Source: Leptospirales bacterium (GTDB lineage: Bacteria > Spirochaetota > Leptospiria > Turneriellales > JAOUFE01). Taken from it: a DNA stretch of 23,764 nucleotides. The first letter of the stretch is position 1. Each line of letters begins with the position of its first letter. The notes beneath the pieces are model-generated. The model saw nothing but the letters and a program-made list of their open reading frames with translations, did not search any database and was not told the DNA's origin. Location: contig JBEQLE010000069.1 of the NCBI GenBank assembly GCA_040326155.1, positions 1 through 23,764 of the forward strand, in the 5' to 3' direction. Positions 1-10,200 of this stretch are shown one piece after another. Both the position numbers and the translations under genes were made by a program.

Positions 1-842
1 TGATACTCAATTTGCTTATCCGTAAGCAGGTTCATAATAGAAAGTGCGGTAAATACCGTTTTTTGTCTGCGTATAGATTGACTAAGATCATTAATCGGTG
101 AATATATGGACGGATTTGGCAAAAGACCAACCAGCATGGACGCTTCTCCTATGGTCAAGCGCCGGGCATTTTTATTAAAGTAATATTGCGAAGCCGATTC
201 AATTCCATAGTTGCCGTGGCCCATATAAATAAGGTTTAGGTACATCTCTAGAATTTCGTCTTTTGTAAAACGTTCTTCAATTTCGAGTGTACAAAAATAT
301 TCGAATATTTTTCGCCCAATCGTTTTTTCTTGCTGGGTAAAGAGTACTTTGGCAAGTTGTTGGGTAATTGTCGAGCCACCCTGGGCAAACCGAAAAGAGA
401 GCAGGTTTTGTACCATGGCCCGCATAATAGAACGATAACTGACGCCGCCATGGTCATAGAAGTTTCGATCTTCGCTGGCAATTAATGCCTTAATAACATA
501 AGGTGGAATTTGTTCTATGGGAATAAGAGTTCGACGCTCGATAAAAAACTCGCCAATTTTAAAACCATTGCGATCATATACAACGGTAGGTATAGCGACA
601 GCTCCGATTGTTGCAGAGCCACCATCACTGTTTGAGGTTGTATGGCCTGTTCGCAGGTAGTCGAGTTGTTTTTTATATGTTTTGAGTTTTTCTAAAACGA
701 TTTCTTCGGATGACTTCCACTTGATGTAATAATAAGTTGTGTATGCCGACGCGAAAATAAAAAAAGCCAGACCCGCATAAAAGGTGTATTTAAGGGTTTT
801 TCTAAAGTTGATTTTGCTTTTTATTTTTTGAATGAGGCCCAT
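1..842 (-). CDS. Class A penicillin-binding protein (PBP1A-like), N-terminal GT51 transglycosylase part; runs off the left edge of the window
   Basis: Not in the ORF track; translated manually from ATG at 842 (GGAG RBS 6 nt upstream). It reads MGLIQKIKSK, then a transmembrane anchor (YTFYAGLAFFIFASAY), then the GT51 motifs EDRNFYDHGGV, QGGSTITQQLAK, RKIFE, KDEILEMYLN and EASMLVGLLPNP. No stop codon before position 1. Confidence 0.93.
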   Translation of the reverse strand, partial: MGLIQKIKSKINFRKTLKYTFYAGLAFFIFASAYTTYYYIKWKSSEEIVLEKLKTYKKQLDYLRTGHTTSNSDGGSATIGAVAIPTVVYDRNGFKIGEFFIERRTLIPIEQIPPYVIKALIASEDRNFYDHGGVSYRSIMRAMVQNLLSFRFAQGGSTITQQLAKVLFTQQEKTIGRKIFEYFCTLEIEERFTKDEILEMYLNLIYMGHGNYGIESASQYYFNKNARRLTIGEASMLVGLLPNPSIYSPINDLSQSIRRQKTVFTALSIMNLLTDKQIEY

Positions 843-899
843 GGAAAACTCCAAGAGCCACCGGAATCGAATTCACCTGATCTGAAATTGATTTAATTC

Positions 900-1211
900 T
901 CAGGTTTTAATTGCAGTAATTTGAATTTTCTGCATGGATTGCCGATGTCCCCACTTTCTTCTGTAATTTTTTCTACGTTTGTATTTAAAACCTAGTATCT
1001 TGGGGGCTTTTACATCGTCGATGACTTTAGCGGTCACTTTGACACTCTCTAAGACAGGATTGCCAACTGAGACATCACTTCCATTTTCTAAGAATAGAAC
1101 ACGAGGAACGTCAAACTCTGTTCCTACTTCTTTTCCGGTTTTTTCAACATAAAAAATTTGGTCAGGCGAAACCCGGTATTGTTTACCACCCATTTCAATT
1201 ACAGCAAGCAT
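900..1211 (-). CDS. rplU: 50S ribosomal protein L21
   Basis: MLAVIEMGGKQYRV...KYKRRKNYRRKWGHRQ matches L21. The ATG at 1211 gives 103 aa, the usual L21 length; the ORF-track start at 1244 is probably too long. Confidence 0.97.
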   Translation of the reverse strand: MLAVIEMGGKQYRVSPDQIFYVEKTGKEVGTEFDVPRVLFLENGSDVSVGNPVLESVKVTAKVIDDVKAPKILGFKYKRRKNYRRKWGHRQSMQKIQITAIKT

Positions 1212-1271
1212 AAGGCATATTCCAACTGCTCTACAGGTTGTCAATCATTTACTGTAAAACTACATTAGACA

Positions 1272-2015
1272 CTATTTCTTTGTTTTAGTATCGCCGGTAT
1301 ACCGGACGTCATTTGTAAAGCGATACCCCATGGCTATTTGTCCGCCTACACCCATCCACGGATAGGTGCTATCTGAGATGTAGTGAAATCTGCCGGTAAT
1401 CGATATAAAAATGTCAGATAAAAATAGCTGGTAACCTAATTCGGCGCCTATCGAAAGGGCGTTATTAGCAAACTGATCTGTAAAGTCCGGGTCATCTGAA
1501 GTCATAAAGCTCATGCCCACAGTGCCAGAGAGTATTATATTATGTCTTGCTTCTTTATCGAGAGGGAACAGCCAGAGCAGCCCCCCTCTCGGAGCAAAAG
1601 ATGTTATTTGAACCGGTCCATAGAAGTTGTAATTAAATTCAAGCCTTAAGCCGGGAATAAAAGCGCTTTTTCTTTTATAAAAGGGCTTAAACAGGTGATG
1701 CAATCCGTGGTCAAAAGCGAGCATAATTCCACCCTGATAAGAGAGTGTGTTTTTTAACTGCCCGATCGGAAACATGTAGTCTGTGCCAAGCGTAATTCGT
1801 CCAAAGTTCCAGGGAAACTCTTTTTCGCCGGTTAAAAATTCCATTTCGTCTTTATTGAAATAAGACATTTCACTTTCTTCGATTTCACCATCGGGGTTGG
1901 TTGCCTCGTTTTTACTATCTGCAGACTCAGTAGTGCCGTCTTGTGCAAACAGCGGTATTGCCAGCCAGGTATAGGCCAGAATTGCCAGAGAGGTAATTAG
2001 TATATTTTTTTTCAT
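1272..2015 (-). CDS. Exported protein, probable outer-membrane beta-barrel
   Basis: Sec signal peptide (MKKNILITSLAILAYTWLAIPLFA|Q), acidic linker, then alternating amphipathic strands (GLRLEFNYNFY, LSIGAELGYQLF, GVGGQIAMGYRF). Confidence 0.7.
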   Translation of the reverse strand: MKKNILITSLAILAYTWLAIPLFAQDGTTESADSKNEATNPDGEIEESEMSYFNKDEMEFLTGEKEFPWNFGRITLGTDYMFPIGQLKNTLSYQGGIMLAFDHGLHHLFKPFYKRKSAFIPGLRLEFNYNFYGPVQITSFAPRGGLLWLFPLDKEARHNIILSGTVGMSFMTSDDPDFTDQFANNALSIGAELGYQLFLSDIFISITGRFHYISDSTYPWMGVGGQIAMGYRFTNDVRYTGDTKTKK

Positions 2016-2177
2016 TCTATTTAGTCTTCCACACGATGTCTATTTATACTCGTATTTATAATACCCTGTTCTCATTACTTAAAGACGATAAAAATTCGCA
2101 AGAATAAACGCATTTTTTAAAGTTTATTCTACATATAATGAGTGTACGCATGCACGAACCCTTTGTCAATGAAAAAG

Positions 2178-2540
2178 TCATAGTTTAACTTTCCTTTTTC
2201 GGACGGGTTTTATATTTAAATGGTCAAAAGGGCCTAAGCTTTTTTCGCCGGCATTGGTAGATGTTGTCGACAAACGGTTGAGTAAAGGCTTAATTCTGCC
2301 AGGATTTTTAACCAAGTACTCTTTTTGTTTTCGCCCCATTGTTTTTATTTTTGCTTCAATTTTCATGGCATCCGACTTAGAGCCTTCGATTGACCAGGCT
2401 CTTGCAAGTTCTATTGGTTTAAACCCCCGGGTAAATTTGGCACCTCGTACGCCGTTTTTATGCTCTTTAAGCCTCTTGTCGAGGTTTACGGTATATCCGG
2501 TGTAATAACCTGCGGGGGTGTCTAACATATAAACCCACAT
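2178..2540 (-). CDS. GIY-YIG nuclease family protein (UPF0213/YhbQ-like)
   Basis: WVYML...YYTGYTVNLDKRLKEHKNG..GAKFTR...SDAMKIEAKIK follows the family pattern. Confidence 0.9.
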   Translation of the reverse strand: MWVYMLDTPAGYYTGYTVNLDKRLKEHKNGVRGAKFTRGFKPIELARAWSIEGSKSDAMKIEAKIKTMGRKQKEYLVKNPGRIKPLLNRLSTTSTNAGEKSLGPFDHLNIKPVRKRKVKL

Positions 2541-2546
2541 GGCGGT

Positions 2547-3887
2547 TTAATTGCAGGTTATGTTTTCCGTGACGTTCGCGGTTAGAACTCTTGGTAACAA
2601 AGCGACATTGTCCACTGCACAACCTGTTCCGATGCCAGAGTCAGCTTTTCTTTTGAGGTCGTATAATGTGCCGCTGGGGTAGGTAATAGGAAACGTATAA
2701 GTTGCTAAGGGATTCGTCATCATAACGATTACTGCGCCGGCATTAAAGCCGTTAATTTTACGTTCTACAGTTACCCATGTTTCTGTTCCTCCCCAGGTGA
2801 TCGTAACGGTTATTGTAAACAGTGCATTGTTGTTTAAATCGACATTCGCTAAGCCATCTGCGTCGCTATCGTACCCTATGGGAACGCCGGCGTCTCTAAT
2901 AATCTGGTAGTTTGTGCCGCCGCATCCAGCAGTGGATTGCAGTACAAAAACTCCCACAGCATTCTGGCATAGATACATTTCAGTAGTCCCGGCAGTACCG
3001 TCAATATCGATCGTTAACCCGACTCCGTCGCCGGTGTTGCCGGTTATCGCCATATCGACATTAGCATTAAATACTCCATCGTAATCGATATCAATGGAGT
3101 CGATTACACCGTCAAAATCGGAGTCAAGCGGGGTTCCAAACAAGCTGGTTACGGTTGCCACATCGAGAGTATCTTCGTATACACCGCATTTGACATTGGC
3201 AGTAGTTGCATTTGCTGTTGCAATAATACCCACTTCGTTTGACAATAAGCAGTTTTGACCTGTCGGGTAAGAAACAATGGCTACTTCATAGGAGGAATTA
3301 TCGTCGAGGTTGGTGGTAAATACATAATTAGCCGGTCCTGAAGTTAATAGCAGGTTCTCAGCATGAACTCCATTTACTTTTAGGGAAATAATCATATTTG
3401 CGCCTAGAGTAGTAATCGAACCACCCACGGTATAATAATTAATTGCCACACCGGTTAAATTAAAGTCAGCAACTCCATCACCGGTATTGTCATAACCGAA
3501 AGGTACATTATTAATGTCGTATTTAATGATAACGGGTGAACCGCCTCCGTTTATCGCTGTAGAAAAGGTTACATTGCCCAGATTATCTATGTTCATATAG
3601 AAATCGGCCGTTAAATCGGAGTTGATATCGGCCCTTCTTGAAGTGCCTACAGTATCAAGTAGTACTATGTCGGCGACTCCATCGTTATTAATATCGATGG
3701 CGTCAGGAACTCCGTCTAAATCGGTGTCGATACCACTGCCTATGTTGGTTATATTTGACCAGACTGTCTCTTCATCGGCGGTCTCGGTGACTGTTTCGTC
3801 ATATCCGGTAACCACTTGATCGAAATTATTAGTACAACCCATTATGGCAATCGTAGTAATAATAAATGCTCCAACCAGCTTTTTCAT
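2547..3887 (-). CDS. Surface lipoprotein with two repeats of [DxDxDG Ca-binding block + Cys-bridged beta-sandwich]
   Basis: Lipobox MKKLVGAFIITTIAIMG|C. DxDxDG-like loops include DTDLDG, DINNDG, DNTGDG, DSDFDG and DSDADG. Two beta-rich domains end in C...AN.T...V/I.C. Confidence 0.75.
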   Translation of the reverse strand: MKKLVGAFIITTIAIMGCTNNFDQVVTGYDETVTETADEETVWSNITNIGSGIDTDLDGVPDAIDINNDGVADIVLLDTVGTSRRADINSDLTADFYMNIDNLGNVTFSTAINGGGSPVIIKYDINNVPFGYDNTGDGVADFNLTGVAINYYTVGGSITTLGANMIISLKVNGVHAENLLLTSGPANYVFTTNLDDNSSYEVAIVSYPTGQNCLLSNEVGIIATANATTANVKCGVYEDTLDVATVTSLFGTPLDSDFDGVIDSIDIDYDGVFNANVDMAITGNTGDGVGLTIDIDGTAGTTEMYLCQNAVGVFVLQSTAGCGGTNYQIIRDAGVPIGYDSDADGLANVDLNNNALFTITVTITWGGTETWVTVERKINGFNAGAVIVMMTNPLATYTFPITYPSGTLYDLKRKADSGIGTGCAVDNVALLPRVLTANVTENITCN

Positions 3888-4235
3888 CTTCTTTACCTCT
3901 TCACGTATTAGAACTCTTAAGAAAAAAAACCATTTCTTGTTCGTGCTTACTCATACTATCGTTCGGTCTCAAGACATAAAGGTTTTTTCTTTAAATTGAA
4001 ACCCGTCTTGAGCTTATAGTATCGATGTAAACCCTTCCCTTCTTCATTATTATTAGACGATAAATTGGGCGAAATATACTCTACAATCGAATATTAACCG
4101 CATAAAATCTATTTTTAATATACATTTTAATAGCTTTTTGTTCATGAAAAGTCGTTAAAATTAAGAATAAAGCGGTTTAATCACTGGGTAAAAGCTTTAT
4201 TTTTAGTTCGCGACCGGGCTATATAGCCATTTGAC

Positions 4236-4263
4236 TTGACAGTTCCGTTGCAATTTTTATTAT
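4236..4263 (+). promoter_or_regulatory. Putative sigma70 promoter of the giant carboxylase
   Basis: TTGACA (4236-4241), 16-nt spacer, TATTAT (4258-4263), 33 nt upstream of ATG 4297. Confidence 0.6.
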
Positions 4264-4296
4264 TATCAATCTAATTTAAAGAAATAATGGTAATCT

Positions 4297-7200
4297 ATGT
4301 TAAAAAAAATTGAAGATAGTCTTGAAAATTTAAAAATAATTAATTCCCGATATGCCGAGATTCGGACAAAAGTGTCAAAACGCACTCATAAATTGCAAAA
4401 GGTTTTGGTGGCAAACCGGGGCGAAATTGCCAAAAGGTTTTTTCTTTCTTTAAGAGAAGAAGGAATTCCGAGTGTTGCGATTGTAACGGATGTTGATTTA
4501 GGCCAGTCCTGGTATGAACAGGCTGATGAAGTGGTCGTTATAGGCGAAGTACGTAATTATACTAATATATCAATTGTTATAGCAGCTGCCTTGCTTGTAA
4601 AAGCAAATGCTATTTATCCTGGTTACGGATTTTTATCTGAAGAAGCTACGTTTGTGGAAGCTATTCGAGATGCCTCCAAAGAGTACAAACATGAAATGAT
4701 GTTCATGGGACCTGACGCTTCTATTATGCACAAGGTCGGCGATAAACTGGCAGCGCGAAAACTTGCAAAAGAGCAAGGCGTTCCGCTATTTGAAGGTTCC
4801 GAAGCTCTGCCGGATGGTTCTGAGGCTCTTATTGCAGCAGATAAAATTGGATACCCTGTCATTGTTAAACTGACTTCCGGCGGTGGCGGAAAAGGGATGA
4901 TGCCCGTTCATTCTGAATCGGGTCTCTATCTGGCTATTGAATACTGCCAGAGAATGGGACGCCAGCTCTATAATAGCGATGTTTTTTATCTGGAAAAATT
5001 CATTGAACGACCTGTACATATGGAGGTTCAAATTTTCAACGGAACCGCAATTGGTATACGTAAATGTGCTGTTCAACGACGTAACCAAAAGGTGGTCGAA
5101 GAGAGTGGGGAGGGTTTTCTCGATTCTCATACTATACTCTCGATGCTGGCGGCGGCTGAGAATATGGCCGATATTTCTGGGTATTCCGCAGGGGCGGGCG
5201 CTGGAACCGTAGAATTTTTATTTGATCCTGATTCTGCAAAATTTGGTTTTTTGGAGATGAATGCCCGGTTGCAGGTGGAACATCCGGTTACCGATCAGTC
5301 TGTTGGTATTGACCTGGCAAAATGGCAAATTCTCTATTTTGACGGTCGCGATAATGAAATTCCATACCAGCTGGCCTTAAAACGGCGATTTGTTGAAAAA
5401 CTGCACTCCATTGAAGCGCGTATTTATGCAGAAGACCCTGAAAACGACTACGCCCCGGCGCCGGGAAAAATTCAAGAGTTAGAACTGCCTACTTTTAATG
5501 GAATTCGTAGCGATTTTGGTTTTAAAAAAGGCGATCTAATTTTGCCGCACTACGACCCCATGATAGGGAAAGTAATTGTAGAAGGGGCAACCCGGGCAGA
5601 GGCCATTACTCGCCTTGAAAGGGCATTAAGTGAACTCTATATAAAGGGTGTGCTTACGAATGTAAATCAGTTGTTAAAAATTGTTCGTCATTCGGAGTTT
5701 AAAACAGGCAATTATACAAACCGCTTGTTACAAGATCACCGTAGCCTGGAGTCCGGTGAACCTGACGAAAAAGAGGGCTTGTTGGCCGCTGTTTTTGGAG
5801 CGTTGGCTGAAAATGCGCGCTATATTAAAGAAGGAACAACACAGGCTTTTATTTCAGGCGATCTTGAAAATAGTATACATGCCCTTCGTCTTAGACGCCT
5901 TCCCATTAGTTATAATGTTAAATTATATAATCAAGACTATGAAATAGAACTTTTACAGACTTCGCTGGCTGTTTATTATGTCTCGGTAAACGGAGAGTAT
6001 CTTGGTGAAGTGGAACAGCTGCCTCGGCTAGAAGGAAATGACGATTATCTTGTAAGGTTCGGGGTTCAATATTACCCTATTCGAATTGATCGAAAACCCT
6101 CTTTTTCTGTATTGCGAATGCAAGATGACGAGGGTAAAATTCATTATTACAAACTGAATATTGTGGCCCAGGGGGCTGGAGATAAAGTTGACCCAGAAGG
6201 AATGATGCGCGCGCCGTTTCAATCTACCTTTGTCGCTTTTGCTAAAGATGAGAATTTAAAACGAGATCGTTTAAGTGAAGGTAGTATAGTTAAAAAGGGT
6301 GACCCCATATTGATTATTGCTGCGATGAAAATGGAGACGACTTTGTTTGCTCCTATTTCTGGCAAAGTCAGCTACCTTGTGGAAGATGGAGACCTTTCGA
6401 AACTTGAAGTGGGAAAAACTCCCGACGGGCTGGTGATTGGTAAAAGTTTAGTTGAAGGTGAAATTCTATATACAATAGAACCGGAATTGGACAGCAAAGC
6501 GGAAGAAAAAGAAGCGGCAAAACCGGTGGCTAGAAAAAGCCCTGGTAACCATCCGCTGGACTTGCTTTATGAAGATTCAATTTTTGAGCGTGTAAATAAA
6601 AAACCTACGGAAGTTATTCCTGTGGTTTTAATGCTGGCCGCGTCTCATTTTCAAGGGTTTTTACCTGATGATAAAATTATTTCACGTGTATCGGAAGTTC
6701 TAGGTAAAATTGATCCTAAATCTTTTGCTAAGTGTGATTCTGAAATTCTTCAAACCAAAATTGGCGAAATTATTGCCTTTTATACAAATGTAAAAAAGAT
6801 TTTCTCGCCGACACTCGATACAAACCTTTCGTTTTTCGGAGAATTGAATCGATTTGTTTCCCAATGGGGGGACGACACTGCTCCGCCATCGTATGCATTT
6901 CGGATGACACTGAATCAGCTGTTTAAAGCGTATGGCATACTCGATTGGAACATTAAAAGTAGCTCCGATAGCAGTACCGTTAAACTTGCTTTCTTTAATA
7001 TTTTAAGAGCGCATGGAGCCTGCACCGGATTTCCAGATGTAATACGAAGTTTGGTTGAAATTATTTCCTATGTAAAAAACCCTTCGAAAAGAATTGTCAG
7101 TTTGCTGAAAGGGCTGGTATTACAAGAGCAGTCTGAACGCGACGACTCTTTAGCCGTTTATACCGCTCGATTAATTCGTGATTTAGACGGACCTCAAATT

Positions 7201-10200
7201 TCAAGGGATATTATACCCATTATCTCTCGAAAGTACATTCCGGAATTTCGCCAGCATATGACCGAAATTTATCACACATTTCCGGGCCATAAACCGGATG
7301 AGTTGGAAGCAAAAATTTCCGCTTCGTTAAAAACCCCTGAAAGCGATTTAATTGGTGATGGTCTTCCGGAGTGGTTCCACCTTGAACTTTCGGAAAGAAC
7401 CGAAAAATTGTCTAAATCGATAAAACTGAAGCGGCTGTATTCACCTTTTAAAGAAGTCGTAATATATCTGGCTGAAAACAAAAAGAATAAGAAAAAAAGA
7501 TATTTTGCGCTATCTTATGTGGCTAAAGTTGACCTGGAAAAAGATGAGCGTGGTAAAGTCATCAGCAGCGAAAGTACGGAAAGAGCCTGTATTCATACAA
7601 CTCAGGTCGTGAGAGCTTATCACCAGATGAAACCTCTAGATGAAAACTGGGTGGAAGTATTTGCCTGTTCGAACTCTATTCCCATGGATATAGGCAGCCT
7701 CGATACCGGTGTTTTAAGTTATCACGGGTTGGCAAGAACCGGACTTACTATACTCAGGTTTTTTACCGATGTAGCTATTACACGTACGACGGTTCATATA
7801 GACGCAGAAAATCCATATGATAAGCAGGTTCGTAGAAAAAGTATTCTCTTAAATCGCCATAAAGGTCAATTGAAACTCGACTTTTTAATCGATCGTGATG
7901 AGTCGAACCCATATTTTGACGGAGAGCCGAACCCGAGAGAACAAAGGTTGTTTGACCGTGAGAAATGGCCTATCGATATCTGGGTGAAGGAATCTTTTGA
8001 CCCTGGAACATCGACTGAAATTACAATTGCTTCTATTGATGAACGCCAATGGATAAACCCCAAAACTGATAAAGAAGAGATTAAGCCTGTCGGTGGTAAA
8101 ATTTTCATAGGACATCTGAATAAAACTCCGGCGCTTTATTATTTAAAAGATTCTCGAATTGCCGGTGGAGCAAGTGGAAATCTCGAAGGGTTGAAATATG
8201 CCGCAGCTACTTATATTGCTTATCGAAAGAATATTCCATTATATGTATGGAACGACGGCGCCGGTGCCAATATTAAAGAGGGTGTGGTTTCATTGAATCG
8301 TGCCGCGCAGGGGTTCATGATGAATGCGCTACTTGGCGGGCGCGCCTCTGAAGAGGTGTTTAACCGGTATACGGAAAATTCTGCAGACCCTGAACTTAGT
8401 AAACTGTTTCAAGAAGTAGATCGACTTGAATCTGTTCATGCGATTGAGTCTGGAACGGGGTATTTTGTTACGGGAGTAGGTATCGGTTCATCGACAGGAC
8501 TTGATGTATATGGTTCGAGTCAGATGGCGGTTCAGCTAATGGTTGACTCCAGAGAGTCGTACCGGGTTCTAACCGGTTCCAATGTTATTAAATCGGTAAC
8601 CGGAGAAGATTTAACCAACTATGAAATTGGCGGCGCCAGGGTTATGGGAAAATGGACCGGGACGGTTGACCTGATTGCGCAGAATAAACTTCATCTATTA
8701 AATCAGATTCGTTCTATTCAGAAGGTTTTTGTAGACCAACGTATGCTTAGCAGTATACAACGGGTGGAAGAATCTACAAAAGATAGTAATTCGGTTGATA
8801 CACCCGATGTATTGAATTATCAAATTATAAGGCGAAACTCCGACGAAGGGTACTTTTTGCCAATGAAAGAAGAGTTTTTCGGGTCGGGTTCTACCCTTGG
8901 TGGGTTTGTAAGGCTTGGCGGCAGAACAACACTTGTTATGGGGCCTCGAACAAACTTTGGAATTCGATCTTTTGCATCGATTACCAAGGCAAAAGAGTTA
9001 TTGGTGATTGCTCATAAAACCGGGGCAAACCAGATACTTTTATATGGAGAAAACTGGTATCATGAAACTGTACTGGAAGATGATCTGGCAATACGGGCAA
9101 GAACAGATTTCTTGAGGCTATTAAATAAAAGGCAAGGAATACGGGTTCATATTATTACTCATCGCGATGGCTTGCATAGAGTTACCATGAATAGTTCGGC
9201 GGATGCACTAATTTATGTAAATAAAGATGAAATCAGCACTAGAGATTACGAGGTAATACGCAAAACGGCGACCTTTATTGTCGATACCATAGAAGAAGCG
9301 TTCGATATATCACACAAAATCTTCAACCTGTTGGACCCTGTTGGGAAAGTAAAAGTCGAGAAGCCAAATGCGGCGCCGACTCTTCCTGAAGATACGTCGC
9401 TACCTTTCGATATGGTCGCAAATATTATTGAAAGAACAGTAGATAAAGATAGCTACATTGAATTTTATAGTAAAATGAATAATCCTACGCAGGGACCTTC
9501 GCTTATTACAGGTTTGGCAAGACTGAACGGCGAGACAGTCGGTATTATTGCCGATCAACCAGTTATTATGGGCGGGGCGCCTGATGCTCCCGGTACGGAA
9601 AAGTTCCGATTTTTTACCGAATTTCTGGAAAAAAACAGCATTCCACTTCTAATGCTCTCGAATGCGCCTGGTTTTGTACCGGGAACGAAGCAAGAGAGGT
9701 TGCGAATTCAACAAATTGGTGCTGAATCGTTGGATGTGAATGTTCTGAGTCAGATACCCGTGGTATCGGTTGTACTCAATCAGAATTTTGGCGGACGACA
9801 GATTCATTCTTTCAGTAAAGATCTTCGACCTGGTATTGTCTATATAGCTATGAAAAAAGCGGTTATAGCGGTGATGGGCGCGAGTGCCTCTTTCGACCTG
9901 TTCATGGGACCAAAATACCAGGAGCTTTTAAGCGGGGGAAAAACGAAAGAAGCGAACGAATTGAAAAAGAAATATGTTGAAGAATACAACAACAAAGCGG
10001 CTGCCTCCAACGATGCATATAAAACCGGCGTTCTCGATTGGGTTATGGACGACTTGAAAGAGTTAAGAGACCATCTAATGAAGGGGTTGGTAGAAGCAAA
10101 AAGAAGAGTCAATGAGATATTTAAATCTCGTTTTGCCGGCATGAAAGAGGAAGAAAAAGACGAAGTTGCAGTTCGTAGAATTCTTGAGTTGAAGAATGTA

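Noticed and set aside
248..481. 77-aa ORF from the track, and the many other short overlapping ORFs (e.g. 4786-5130, 12220-12603, 14586-14924, 20700-21182)
   Set aside because: These are alternative-frame or antisense shadows of well-supported genes, with no recognisable motifs.
2178..2540. Homing endonuclease or mobile intron
   Set aside because: It is a short stand-alone YhbQ-like GIY-YIG protein with no DNA-binding extension and no interrupted host gene.
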